Below, in pieces: positions 1 through 10,031 of a stretch of 64,000 bases of DNA. This DNA is from Vicinamibacteria bacterium. GTDB taxonomy: Bacteria; Acidobacteriota; Vicinamibacteria; Marinacidobacterales; Marinacidobacteraceae. Position 1 is the first letter of the stretch. Every line of letters starts with the position of its first letter. The DNA is taken from assembly GCA_963555995.3 (NCBI GenBank), contig OY821641.1, positions 1,216,001 through 1,280,000 on the forward strand. Reading direction: 5' to 3'. The position numbers were made by a program, and so were the translations under genes. The notes under the pieces are model-generated. The model saw only the letters and a program-made list of their open reading frames with translations, was not told where the DNA came from and did no database searches.

Positions 1-819
1 GTCGCCCGCGCCCTCGAAGTAGTCGTGCGAGACGTTGATCTGGAAGCCCCGGAAGTCCTTCCGGGTCACGAAGTTGGCGACGCCGCCCACCGCGTCCGAG
101 CCGTAGGTCGCCGACGCGCCCTCCTTCAGGACCTCCAGCCGGCCCACCGCGATCGAGGGGATCGTGTTCACGTCCACGAAGCGGCCCCCGATGAGCCTCG
201 CCGGGACCGGCACGTGGCGCCGGCCGTTGATGAGCACCAGCGTCCGCGAGGCGCCGAGGCCGCGCAGGTTCACGTTCGCCACGTTCTCGGTGAGCGTCTG
301 CGGCTGGTTCGAGTTGTACCAACTGCTCCGTTCGCCGACCACGCTGTGGCTGACCGTCAGGTTGCGGAAGAGGTCCACGAGCTGCGTGCTGCCCTGCTGC
401 TCCAGCGTCTCGCGGCTGACCACCTGGACCGCGTGCGGCATGTTGATCGCCGGCTCCTCGATGGCCGTCCCGGTCACCGAGACGGTCACCTCCTCGAAGA
501 GTCCGCCGAGCTGCAGCTCCGCGTCGGCGGTGGCGGTGGCCCCCGCGGCGACCTCCACCGGGCGTTCGAACTGCTCGAAGCCGGGGAGGGTGAAGGTGAC
601 GAGGTAGCTGCCGGGGGGCAGATCGGGGAACGCATATTCCCCGCGGCGGTTGGTCACCGTCACCTGCGGGCTGTCCAGCGCCCCGCCAGACACTTCCACG
701 GTCACTCCGGGCAGCGCCCCACCGGCGAAGTCCGTCACGGCGCCCGAAACACCGCCGTCCTGTGCGACGGCGAGCCAAGGCGCCATCACGAAGCCGAGAG
801 TCAAGAAAACCTTCGTCAT
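1..819 (-). CDS. TonB-dependent receptor, N-terminal part (signal peptide, carboxypeptidase-regulatory-like domain, plug); runs off the window
   Basis: Manual minus-strand translation from ATG at 819: MTKVFLTLGFVMAPWLAVAQDGGVSGAVTDFAGGALPGVTV...NVNLRGLGASRTLVLINGRR...RLEVLKEGASATYGSDAVGGVANF (plug motifs). Not in the ORF track because it has no stop within the window. Confidence 0.9.
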   Translation of the reverse strand, partial: MTKVFLTLGFVMAPWLAVAQDGGVSGAVTDFAGGALPGVTVEVSGGALDSPQVTVTNRRGEYAFPDLPPGSYLVTFTLPGFEQFERPVEVAAGATATADAELQLGGLFEEVTVSVTGTAIEEPAINMPHAVQVVSRETLEQQGSTQLVDLFRNLTVSHSVVGERSSWYNSNQPQTLTENVANVNLRGLGASRTLVLINGRRHVPVPARLIGGRFVDVNTIPSIAVGRLEVLKEGASATYGSDAVGGVANFVTRKDFRGFQINVSHDYFEGAGD

Positions 820-1248
820 AGCGTCAATCAACGACACGTCGGTCGTACCTCCTGCTGGTAGTGTGTCACATGCGCTATCGGCATCCCGTAACGAGTCTCC
901 GCGTGTGAAAAGAGCGGATGTTGATTGCCGGATCAATACGAACCGTTCATTCCGTGTTCATCAGACTCCGCAAATTCCCTGATTCCGGCGCCGATGGGCG
1001 TATCGCAAGCGAATCGTCGTTCGTTTTCCTGCTATCGGCGTGGCGCTGGCTGGTGAGTCTCCGGCGGACCGGCGACGCCGTGACCCCTGACTTCGAGGCC
1101 CGCCGCCGCGAGTGGACGGTTCCCCATCCCTTCGGTTCCTGAGCTGACCGACCGCCCCCAACCCTCCCGCGGCAACGGCGGAAACGGCAACGAACTCCGG
1201 CGGTTCGCCATCGCCGCCGGCGGCGCCACGTGCATCGTCGGCATTCTG

Positions 1249-2082
1249 TTGGCCGGGCTTCCCCTCCGCGGGGGACTGCTCGGTTTCCTGATCTTCACCG
1301 GGGCGGTCGCGTTCGCCGCCCGGGAGCCGGCGCCCCGGCCGCTGGGCCTCGCGAACCGGCTGACCCTCGTCCGGCTGGCGGCCCTCGCGGCGCTCGCCGG
1401 GGGTGGGCTCGCCGCGACGTTCTCTCCCGAAGCCGGGCTGGCGCTCGCTGGCTGGATGCCCTGCCTGGTCTATGCCGCGGCCGCGCTGGGTGACTACGCC
1501 GACGGCGCCATCGCCCGGCGCACTCGCACGACGAGTTCGTTCGGCGCCCGGCTCGACGCCGAAGCCGACGCGCTGGGCCTGGTCGCTGCCAGCGGCATCG
1601 CGGTCCTTGCGAGCGGCACGCTGCCCGGCTGGTATCTGCTCGCCGGTTGCGCGCGCTACCTCTTCGGCGCCGCCCTGTTCGCGGAGGAGCGTCTCGGCCG
1701 CCGGCTGCGCGAGCTTCCTGCCAGCCCGTTCCGGCGCCGTCTCGCCGGGTTCCAGATGGGTCTCGTCGCCGTGTGCCTCGCGCCCTTCATCGAGCCGGAG
1801 TGGGCCCCGCCCGCGACGGCGGCGCTCGGGGCGCCGTTCCTGCTGGGTTTTGGCCGCGACTACCTGATCGCCACCGGCCGCCTGGACCCGCAAGGCGCCG
1901 GATCGCGGCGCCTGACGGACCTGCTCGAACGGCTTCGCGGTCCGGTGAGCCGCACGGCCGCTGCGGCGGCCGTCGCTCTCGGCGTTCTCAAGTTGGCCGG
2001 ACTGCCCGTCGGGTCGTGGGGGCTCGCGGCGTTCTTCTTCGGCTGGCTGGTTCGTCCGGAGAGACGGAATGCGAGGCCATGA
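1249..2082 (+). CDS. CDP-alcohol phosphatidyltransferase family membrane protein
   Basis: Signature DYADGAIARRTRTTSSFGARLDAEAD (DxxDGxxAR...GxxLDxxxD) and several hydrophobic segments; start uncertain. Confidence 0.85.
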   Translation: MAGLPLRGGLLGFLIFTGAVAFAAREPAPRPLGLANRLTLVRLAALAALAGGGLAATFSPEAGLALAGWMPCLVYAAAALGDYADGAIARRTRTTSSFGARLDAEADALGLVAASGIAVLASGTLPGWYLLAGCARYLFGAALFAEERLGRRLRELPASPFRRRLAGFQMGLVAVCLAPFIEPEWAPPATAALGAPFLLGFGRDYLIATGRLDPQGAGSRRLTDLLERLRGPVSRTAAAAAVALGVLKLAGLPVGSWGLAAFFFGWLVRPERRNARP

Positions 2083-2149
2083 CGCGCCGGCAGGACGGTG
2101 TTAGCATCGGTGAAAGCTCAGTTCTGATGACGAAGGCTCTGTTACGGAG

Positions 2150-4636
2150 GTGACGATGGAGTCCGGAGGTTCGACCGGCGCCGCGGCGTCCCGGACGGTT
2201 CTCGTGGAGCCGTCGCTCGGGAACGCGCTCCCCTATTTCGCGCCACTGCTGATCTTTCCGCTGGTGGTGCTGGCGGCGCTGAACGGCGGCTGGTGGTTCG
2301 CGGGTCCCTTCGTCTTCCTCGCGCTGGCCGACAAGTTCGACCAGATGTTCGGCATGCAGGAGCGGAACATGGACCCGGACCAGACGCCGGAGCGCCGCCT
2401 GTTCGTCTACAAGCTCTCCGCCTGGTCGTGGGCCGTGCTGTGGCCGGCGGTCTTCGTGTTCGGGCTCTGGCAGATGCTGGTGGCCGGACACCTCGCGGCG
2501 TGGGAGATCGCGCTGATGGCCGTCGTGCTGGTCCTGGTCGGGCAGACGGTCTTCGTGGTCGGCCACGAACTGGCCCACCGGCGCGCGTCCTGGGAGCGGC
2601 GGCTCGGGGAGTTCGTGCTGGCGTCCGCGTCCTACCCGCACTACGCGACGGAGCACGTCTACATCCATCACCCTATGGTCTGCACCCCGGCGGACCCCGG
2701 ATCGGCGCCGAAGGGCATGAGCTTCTGGCGGTACCTGCCCCGGGAGATCGCGAGCAACCTGACCGGGGCCTGGCGCTTCGAGAAGAAGCGCCTGGCGCGC
2801 AGCCGCCTGCCGGTCTGGCACTACTCCAATCCCTTCTGGCGGTACGTGCTGTTCGCGGCCGCCTGGTACGCGCTGATCTACGCGCTCGGGGGCGTCTGGG
2901 CGGTCCTCGTCTACGCGGTGTTGTGCTCCAGCGTGGTCTTCTCGATGAAGATCAGCAACTACGTCCAGCACTACGGGCTCCGGCGGGTCCGTCTGCCCAG
3001 CGGACGGTTCGAGCGGGTCCTGCCCCGGCACGCGTGGAGCGCGGACTACAAGTTCACCAACTGGCTCTACTACAACATGCAGCGGCACGCCGACCACCAC
3101 GCGGCGTCCAACCGGCGCTACCCGCTGCTCCAGCACTACGGCAAGGACCAGTCGCCGCAGCTCCCGGGCCGGTACTCGGAGATGAACGGGCTGGCCCTCT
3201 TCCCGAGCCGCTGGTTCAAGCTCATGGACCCCCTGCTCGACCGGCAGCGGGCGCAGTTCTATCCCGAGATCAGGGACTGGCGCGCCTACGACAGCGCGGC
3301 GTTCGCGGCCCGCCCGGAAGCGTTCGACGCCATCGCCGAGATCATCGCCACCGCCCCCCGCCTCGCCGGCTGGATGAACCGGACGCCGGAACTGCTCGAC
3401 TCGCTGCGGACCAGGGAGTTCACCGACCTGGACCTGCCGGACGGTTTCGGCGCGGACGCCGAGTTCGAGAAGATCGCGCGCCGCGGGCTGGTCCGGCTCT
3501 ACTGGACGCACGAACTCGGCACGGACGAGATGAGGGAGCAACTGGCGGCCACCCACACCCAGGATGCCGGCGAGGCGGTCGGGGTGGCCCGCGAGTGGTC
3601 GAACGGGAAGGCCTTCCAGATCGGCGTCCACACGATGCGCGGCAACCTGGCGCCGGCGGAAGCGGGCGCGGTGGCCTCCCGGTTGGCCGAAGCCTCGGTC
3701 TCCGCCGTGCTCTCGGCGGTCGGCGAGGACTTCGCCGAACGGAGTTCCCCGGACCCCGGGAGCTCGGCCTGCGCGGTGGTCTTCGGCGACCTGGCCAGCG
3801 GTGACCGCTTCCTGGGAGCGGAACTCGACATCCTGTTCCTCTACGAGGGCGGGCCGCCGGAGTACTTCGACGCGCTCTACCACCGGTCGCGGAACGCGCT
3901 GCGGGCCCTTTCCCGCGACAACCTGTTGTTGGCGCCGATCCCCCGCGTGGCTCCGCTGCACCGCGTCCGCGCGTTCTCGGATTTTCGGGACTACCACCGC
4001 AACGTGGGCCCCGGGGAGGAACTCCTCGCGCTGACCCGCGCGCGCTGTGTCTTTGCGTCGGGGCGTTCCGACCTCGCGGCGCGGTTCGAAGCGTTGCGGC
4101 GTGAAGTCCTGGCCGAGAGCCCCGCGCGCCGGACGATGATGTCCCACCTGGCCGGGGGGGCCTTCGGCGCGGCCGAGCCCGGGCTGATGTCCCTCGACGA
4201 CATGCAGGGCGGCTTCCGGGACGTCGAGCGCGCGGCCCGCTACCTCCAACTGAAGCACGCCGGGCCGGAGACGGACCTCTTCGCCCTCGACGCGGGCTCG
4301 GTGCTCGAGGCCGCCGCCGACCACGGGCTGGTTCCCGACGGCGCCGGCGAACGGCTGGCCGCGGCCGCCAAGGCGTGGCGGAACCTCCGCGGCATCCTGC
4401 AACTGGTGGTGGAGGACGGCTCCACGGCCGAGGCGGCGCCGGCCGAGGTCAGGGCCGCGATCGCCGCCGCCGGGATGGCGGACGACTTCGAGGCGCTGAC
4501 CGCCGGGATCCCCGAAGTCGCGGCCCGCGCCGCCGCCGACATCGGGGCGATCGAGGGCATGACCCCGCCGCTGCCGCTCGCCGCCGACGCACCCGGTCGA
4601 GACGCGGACGCGGCGTCCGCCGAGACGCATCACTGA
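2150..4636 (+). CDS. AlkB-type alkane monooxygenase/membrane desaturase fused to a degenerate GlnE-like adenylyltransferase region
   Basis: His boxes HELAH, EHVYIHH, NYVQHYGL, MQRHADHH. C-terminal half has GlnE-like segments APRLAGWMNRTPELLD, VVFGDLASGDRFLGAELDILFLY, ALTRARCV, GGFRDVERAARYLQL. Confidence 0.8.
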   Translation: MTMESGGSTGAAASRTVLVEPSLGNALPYFAPLLIFPLVVLAALNGGWWFAGPFVFLALADKFDQMFGMQERNMDPDQTPERRLFVYKLSAWSWAVLWPAVFVFGLWQMLVAGHLAAWEIALMAVVLVLVGQTVFVVGHELAHRRASWERRLGEFVLASASYPHYATEHVYIHHPMVCTPADPGSAPKGMSFWRYLPREIASNLTGAWRFEKKRLARSRLPVWHYSNPFWRYVLFAAAWYALIYALGGVWAVLVYAVLCSSVVFSMKISNYVQHYGLRRVRLPSGRFERVLPRHAWSADYKFTNWLYYNMQRHADHHAASNRRYPLLQHYGKDQSPQLPGRYSEMNGLALFPSRWFKLMDPLLDRQRAQFYPEIRDWRAYDSAAFAARPEAFDAIAEIIATAPRLAGWMNRTPELLDSLRTREFTDLDLPDGFGADAEFEKIARRGLVRLYWTHELGTDEMREQLAATHTQDAGEAVGVAREWSNGKAFQIGVHTMRGNLAPAEAGAVASRLAEASVSAVLSAVGEDFAERSSPDPGSSACAVVFGDLASGDRFLGAELDILFLYEGGPPEYFDALYHRSRNALRALSRDNLLLAPIPRVAPLHRVRAFSDFRDYHRNVGPGEELLALTRARCVFASGRSDLAARFEALRREVLAESPARRTMMSHLAGGAFGAAEPGLMSLDDMQGGFRDVERAARYLQLKHAGPETDLFALDAGSVLEAAADHGLVPDGAGERLAAAAKAWRNLRGILQLVVEDGSTAEAAPAEVRAAIAAAGMADDFEALTAGIPEVAARAAADIGAIEGMTPPLPLAADAPGRDADAASAETHH

Positions 4637-4669
4637 CCGGGCGGGCGTTCGCGCCCGTTTTGCCTGCCG

Positions 4670-5737
4670 TCAGCGGAGCGTGAGGAAGCGCTCGGCGGCG
4701 GCGGCGCTCTCCGCCCAGGTGGGATGGTTCCGGTGACGTTCGGCGGCGCGGAGCCCCATCGCCGCCAGACGGCCGCGATCGGCGGCGAGCGTCTCCAGGC
4801 ACGCGGCGATCCGCCGCGCAGCGCTCCCTGACTCCGCCTCGCGGATCAACCAGCCGGTCTCGCCGTCGCTCACGATCTCCGCCGCCCCTCCGGAGGCGGC
4901 GGCGAGCGCGGGCAGCCCGAAGGCGAACCCCTCCAGATAGACGATCCCGAACCCCTCGTGCGTGGAGGGAACGGCGAGCAGGGCGCTGTCCCGCAGCAAT
5001 CCGGCGAGCGCCGCCGGCCCGAGCGCTCCCCGGAAGCGGACCCGGTCCGCCAGGTCCGGAGCGGCGGCGCGCCGCCGCACCGCGGCGGCACAGGCCGGGT
5101 CGGGGTCTTCGCGCCCCGCCACCGTCAGGGTCCATCCGGGGACCGCGGCCAGCGCCTCGAGCAGCTCCAGGAGCCGCTTCCGGGGAATCACGTTGCCCAC
5201 GTGGGCGGCCCGCAGCGGGCCGTGGGCGCGCGCCCGGATCTCGTCGGGGCCGGGAAGGGGGGGCAGCGCGGCGCCCGCGAGCCGGTCCCGGCCGGGCGGG
5301 ACGACGGCGGCCGGCAGCCTCCGCCCGGCGAGCCGCCGGGCCGCTTCCACGCTGGCCCGGCTCGGGGAAAGGATTCCGTCCACGGTCCGGAGGTAGGCGC
5401 GTTCCTCGGCGCGGAGCCGCGCCACGTCCGCCTCGCCGCGTTCGGGTTCGGAGCATTGCGGGTGATGGACCAGCGCGACGATGCGCGGCCGGCGGCCCTC
5501 CCGGTTCGCGTTTCGCCGCCGGAACTCCCGGTGCAGCAGTGCGTCCTGCACGATCACGTCGGCCCGGGCGCTCGCCGTGGGCGTCTCCGATCCTTCTCCC
5601 GTGAACTCCCGCACCGTCACCTCGTGGCCCCGGTTCCGCAGGGTCTCCACCAGGATCCGGTCGTAGAGGTTCCCGCCGGTGAGCGGGGCGAGCGGCGGCC
5701 CCCACAGCTCGATTCGGAGCGGCATGACGTGTCCCAC
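4670..5737 (-). CDS. Glycosyltransferase family 4 (GT-B)
   Basis: LTGGNLYDR N-terminus, VGNVIPRK, HEGFGIVYLEGFAFGLP motif. Confidence 0.9.
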   Translation of the reverse strand: MGHVMPLRIELWGPPLAPLTGGNLYDRILVETLRNRGHEVTVREFTGEGSETPTASARADVIVQDALLHREFRRRNANREGRRPRIVALVHHPQCSEPERGEADVARLRAEERAYLRTVDGILSPSRASVEAARRLAGRRLPAAVVPPGRDRLAGAALPPLPGPDEIRARAHGPLRAAHVGNVIPRKRLLELLEALAAVPGWTLTVAGREDPDPACAAAVRRRAAAPDLADRVRFRGALGPAALAGLLRDSALLAVPSTHEGFGIVYLEGFAFGLPALAAASGGAAEIVSDGETGWLIREAESGSAARRIAACLETLAADRGRLAAMGLRAAERHRNHPTWAESAAAAERFLTLR

Positions 5738-5796
5738 GCTCGCCTAGTCTCGCATCCCTGTGGCCCACATAATCCAGTCCCTGTTTCCGTGGAGGG

Positions 5797-7212
5797 ATGC
5801 CCATGAAGCGAAAGAGATGCGCCTCCAGCTTCCGGAGCGTTCCGGCCGCAGTGCTGGCGTTTTCGGGGTTCGCCTGCACTCCCGAGCCGACGGTGCCGGG
5901 CGCGGATCTCGCGATCGTCTCGGTGACCGTCGTCCCGATGGATAGCGAGCGCACGCTGCCCGACCACGCCGTGGTCGTGAAGGACGGCCGCATCGCGGCG
6001 GTGCGGCCCGCGGCCGAGGTCACCCTCGGCGCGGATACCACCGTGGTCGCCGGGGAAGGCCGCTTCCTGATTCCCGGACTCGCCGAGATGCACGGCCATC
6101 TGCCCGGCGCGAACAGCCCGCCCGCGCTCACCGAGGACGTGCTGATGCTCTACGTCGCGAACGGCGTCACCACGGTGCGGGGAATGCAGGGGCACCCGAG
6201 CCAGCTCGCGCTGCGGGACCGGATCGCGGCGGGCGAGCTGATCGGCCCCCGGCTCATCGTGGGGAGCCCCTCGATGAGCGGGCGCGTCGAAACCCCGGAG
6301 GAGGCGGTGCGGCTGGTCCGCGAATACCACGAAGCCGGGTTCGATCTCCTGAAGGTCCACGAGGGGCTTTCGCCGGAGACCTACACCGCGCTCGCCGCGG
6401 AAGCCCGGAGTCTCGGGATTCCGTTCGCCGGACACGTGGCGGACGAGGTGGGGCTGTTCGCCGCCCTCGAGGGCGGCCATGACACGGTGGACCACCTCGA
6501 CAACTTCGTGGAGGCGCTGATTCCGGAGGAAGCGCGGGAGGAAATGGAGGCGCTCCGGGGCATCGCCGGGCTCTCGGAACTCGTGGACCTCGAACGGCTG
6601 CCCGGGGTCATCGAGGCGATCGAGGCGAGCGGGACGGGCGTCGTGCCCACCATGGTCCTCTGGGAGTCCGGGATCCTCCCGACCCGGCCGTCGTCCGAGC
6701 TGAAGGCCGAGCGCCCCGAGATCCGCTACATGCCCGAGGAGACCGTCGCCCGCTGGACCGAGGCCGTGGACTCCGAGCTCGAGCGCTACGGGGTGGAGAA
6801 CACCGCGCGGATCGCCGCCCTCCGGCGGCAGATCCTGGGGGCCCTGAACGACGCGGGCGCCAACATCCTCCTCGGCACCGACTCGCCCCAGATCTTCAGC
6901 GTCCCCGGTTTCTCGATCCACGGCGAGGCGGTCTCCTACGTCGAGGCCGGCATGACTCCCTACGAAGTCCTGGAATCCGGAACCCGGCTGGTCGCGGAAC
7001 ACGTCGCCCGCGGCGGCCGCATCGCCGCCGACTTCGGCGTCATCGCCCCCGGAAACCGGGCCGACCTGGTCCTCCTCGACGCGAACCCCCTCGAGAACAT
7101 CGAGGCGACCCGACAGATCGCGGGAGTCGTCACCGGCGGCCGCCACCTCAGCGCCACGCACATCGCCGAGGCACTCGAGGCCATCGCCGCCCGCCGCGCC
7201 ACGGGGGAGTAG
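5797..7212 (+). CDS. Amidohydrolase family protein (probable lipoprotein)
   Basis: LIPGLAEMHGH metal motif, GVTTVR, LLGTD, GNRADLVLLDANPL; lipobox-like FSGFAC. Confidence 0.9.
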   Translation: MPMKRKRCASSFRSVPAAVLAFSGFACTPEPTVPGADLAIVSVTVVPMDSERTLPDHAVVVKDGRIAAVRPAAEVTLGADTTVVAGEGRFLIPGLAEMHGHLPGANSPPALTEDVLMLYVANGVTTVRGMQGHPSQLALRDRIAAGELIGPRLIVGSPSMSGRVETPEEAVRLVREYHEAGFDLLKVHEGLSPETYTALAAEARSLGIPFAGHVADEVGLFAALEGGHDTVDHLDNFVEALIPEEAREEMEALRGIAGLSELVDLERLPGVIEAIEASGTGVVPTMVLWESGILPTRPSSELKAERPEIRYMPEETVARWTEAVDSELERYGVENTARIAALRRQILGALNDAGANILLGTDSPQIFSVPGFSIHGEAVSYVEAGMTPYEVLESGTRLVAEHVARGGRIAADFGVIAPGNRADLVLLDANPLENIEATRQIAGVVTGGRHLSATHIAEALEAIAARRATGE

Positions 7213-7222
7213 CGGGGAGGCC

Positions 7223-7345
7223 GGGACCGCCGGTCTTCAGACCGGCACGCGGGCGGCAGGCCCGCAGAGCGCGTCGGGCCCATCCGCGCTATGGCTCCCC
7301 CGGCTTGGAACGCCGGTCTCCAGACTGGCACGCGCGGCGCTCCGC
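7223..7345. repeat. REP-like palindromes (two copies)
   Basis: GGGACCGCCGGTCTTCAGACCGGCA and GGAACGCCGGTCTCCAGACTGGCA; same family as other intergenic copies. Confidence 0.75.
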
Positions 7346-7411
7346 GCCGCGCACGTCGCAACCCCAACCGGCCCTCACGGCACCGCAGCGCCGCGGCCAA
7401 GGCGCGTGCCG

Positions 7412-8659
7412 CTACCGCTCCCAGAGCTCTCGCACCCCCACCGAATGGAGCCGTGGATCCCCAAGCCGCCAGACCCCATCGCCGGTATAGAGCACGACGC
7501 CGGCCTCGAACTGATCGCCGCAGACCGCAGCCAGCCGGGAGAGTCCGCGCGCATCACGGGGCTCGACGGCGCTCCCGGCCTTGATTTCGATGCCCCAGAC
7601 CTTCCGTCTGAGGGTGATGACCAGGTCCACTTCGGCCTGATCCCGGTCCCGGTAGTGCCAGAACCTCAGGTCGGGGTCCGTCCAGGCCGCCTGGGCGATC
7701 AGTTGCTGGACCACGAAAGTTTCCAGCAGGCCACCCATGGCCGCGCGGTTGTCCAGCCAGTCCCCGGTTGTGCGGCCGGCGAGGGTGGCGGTGAGTCCGC
7801 TGTCCAGGAGATGGACCTTTGGTGACTTGACCAAGCGTTTGCTTTCGCTCGAATGCCAGGCGGGTAGGCGACGAATCAGGAACAGCCGCTCCAGCACCGA
7901 GAGATAGTGCAGCACCGTCTCCCGGCGGAAATCGAGCCCGTTCGCCAGGCGACTGACGTTCAGGGTGGCGGCCGGGCGAATCGCGAGGGCCTCCAGGAGG
8001 CGCATGACTTCGATCGGTTCGCGAACCCGGGCGACGTCCCGTACGTCGCGCTCGATGATGTGGCGGAGGTAGTTGCGGTGCCACTGCCGCGCGCGCTCCG
8101 GAGAGCGACCGAGGATCCCGGGGTATCCACCGAGTACCAGGCGCTCCGAAAGTTCGAAGCCGGTGTCGCCGGGATCGGCGGGCCGCGTGCTCCTCAAATC
8201 GCCGTTCAGGAACGCACGGAGAAAGCCTCCCGGGCGTCGTTCCTTCTCCGCTTCCGTCAGCGGATGGAGGAGCTGGATCTCCATTCGACCGGCCAGCGAT
8301 TCGGTGACGGTCGGGATCTGCAACAGATTGGCCGAACCAGTAAGGAGGAAGCGTCCGGGACGTCGATCCCGATCCACGGAGATCTTGATGGCCGACAGGA
8401 GGTCGGGCGCCTTCTGGATTTCGTCGATCGCCACAAAGTCCGGCAGTTCGGCCAGGAAGCCGTGGGGATCGTCTTGAGCCGTGCGCCGGTAGTCCAGATC
8501 GTCCAGACTGATGAAACGCCGGCGCGCATCCAGAATCTGAGCGAGAGTGGTCTTCCCGCTCTGCCGCGGGCCGACCAAGCACACCACCGGGGTATCGGCC
8601 AAGGCTACGCGGATGGCTGCCGTAAGGGTCCGGGGGAGGATTACAGGATTTGCCGCCAC
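7412..8659 (-). CDS. AAA_14 ATPase with C-terminal DUF4143 (PD-(D/E)xK-like) domain
   Basis: GPRQSGKTT, IDEIQK, LLTGSA, ESLAGR, KSPKVHLLDSG, EVDLV...IEIK. Confidence 0.9.
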   Translation of the reverse strand: MAANPVILPRTLTAAIRVALADTPVVCLVGPRQSGKTTLAQILDARRRFISLDDLDYRRTAQDDPHGFLAELPDFVAIDEIQKAPDLLSAIKISVDRDRRPGRFLLTGSANLLQIPTVTESLAGRMEIQLLHPLTEAEKERRPGGFLRAFLNGDLRSTRPADPGDTGFELSERLVLGGYPGILGRSPERARQWHRNYLRHIIERDVRDVARVREPIEVMRLLEALAIRPAATLNVSRLANGLDFRRETVLHYLSVLERLFLIRRLPAWHSSESKRLVKSPKVHLLDSGLTATLAGRTTGDWLDNRAAMGGLLETFVVQQLIAQAAWTDPDLRFWHYRDRDQAEVDLVITLRRKVWGIEIKAGSAVEPRDARGLSRLAAVCGDQFEAGVVLYTGDGVWRLGDPRLHSVGVRELWER

Positions 8660-8677
8660 TTGACGATCAGGATAGCG

Positions 8678-8784
8678 GCAGATTGTCTATTAGACAACCC
8701 GCAGATTGTCTATTACATGGTTCGCGGATTGCCTATTACGCGGTTCGCGGATTGTCTATTGCGGCGTGTGCGGATTGCCGCTTT
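8678..8784. repeat. Five direct repeats GC(A/G)GATTG(T/C)CTATT(A/G) at an exact 23-bp period
   Basis: Copies start at 8678, 8701, 8724, 8747 and 8770 (last one degenerate), immediately upstream of the AAA_14/DUF4143 start. Confidence 0.85.
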
Positions 8785-9118
8785 CGGGGGTACCGCGGAT
8801 CCGGCACGCCGGACGGGTCTTCTGAGAGATCGATGCACGAGGTAACGTGGCGCTCCATGCCCAAGGCCCGGAAGCGGATGTCCGCGACCAACCAACGTCC
8901 ATACCAAGCGGACAGCCATCAGCGGGTGGAGGGAACCCGCCGGACAGGGGTCATTCAACGAGTGGGGGGTGGTGACGATGAGCGGCCTCCATCTGACGTA
9001 GATGCGGCGCTCTCCGGGACCCTCGGGGCTGTTCCCAGGGCGGCCGCACCGAGTCGCGACGAGTGGGATCGCGGTCGCGGTTGACCTTCGGAACCGCTGA
9101 CTTCCGCCCGAGCCGACC

Positions 9119-9910
9119 TCACGGCCTCGACGGCAGCACGGCGTAGACCTCCTTCACGGCTTCCGCCCCGTACTTCCGCTCCAGCCTCCGCACGGTGAAA
9201 TGACCGCTGGCCATGTCCTGGAAGTGGTTGATGAACAGCACGTTCACCGCCGCGGCCGTAGCCGCGCTGACGACGGGTAGCGCCTGCGCCGCCGCCTTCT
9301 CCGTGACCTGGATCGAGAAGCGCTCCGCCACCCGCGTGATCAGCCGGAGGACCACCGGCGCCTCCCTCCCGGCAAGCGTCCCGCTTCCCTTCGCCAGAAA
9401 CGCGACCGCATCCCCCACGACCTTGGCCATCGCGGCCCGCACGGCGTAGTAGCCGGTCTCCGTCCCGTCGTCGGACTCGCTTCGGCCCCCGAGGGCGAAG
9501 ACCTCGAGGCACGCCATGCGGGTTTCGGGTGTCTCCGTGTCCTCGCCGTTCTCCCGGGCGATCGTCGCGATCGCCCGCATCATGATCGTCGTGGAGACGG
9601 GCAGTTCGACGGCAAGCCCCGGCATGCCGAAGAAGCCACCCACTCCGCCCGCAGCGGCCGCGCCGAGCTTGTTGGCAAGACGCGAGGACTGCCAGCCGGA
9701 CGCTCCGTTCACGGTGGAGAGCGCCACCTTGAGGGAGCCCAGCAGGGCCTTGCGGGTCAGGCCCGAGATCTGGTCCCGCACCCGCTCCGGCAGGTATTTG
9801 AGCCCCTCTTCGATGGGCCGGCCGACGACGTTGACGAGGCGCGCCGCGAGGCCCGGGTTCTCGAGGAGCGCCTTCGCCTCCTGAAGCGCCCGGCGGTCCG
9901 TCTCGTCCAT
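9119..9910 (-). CDS. EcsC family protein
   Basis: ELPVSTTIMMRAIATIARENGED...CLEVFALGG...GHFTVRRLERKYG. Confidence 0.85.
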   Translation of the reverse strand: MDETDRRALQEAKALLENPGLAARLVNVVGRPIEEGLKYLPERVRDQISGLTRKALLGSLKVALSTVNGASGWQSSRLANKLGAAAAGGVGGFFGMPGLAVELPVSTTIMMRAIATIARENGEDTETPETRMACLEVFALGGRSESDDGTETGYYAVRAAMAKVVGDAVAFLAKGSGTLAGREAPVVLRLITRVAERFSIQVTEKAAAQALPVVSAATAAAVNVLFINHFQDMASGHFTVRRLERKYGAEAVKEVYAVLPSRP

Positions 9911-10031
9911 CAGCAGGCTCCCTCACCGAATCGGACGGATTCCGGGCGGCCGTTCGGCGCTCTGGCCGCTAAAAGTGACAGGTTTTGACGTATCACCGGG
10001 AGAGACTTGAGACAGAACGAGGAGCGTGCAG

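Noticed and set aside
8858-9084. Possible VapB-like antitoxin remnant (…PSRDEWDRG)
   Set aside because: Only a short tail is suggestive, with no recognisable N-terminal domain or toxin partner; too weak to call.
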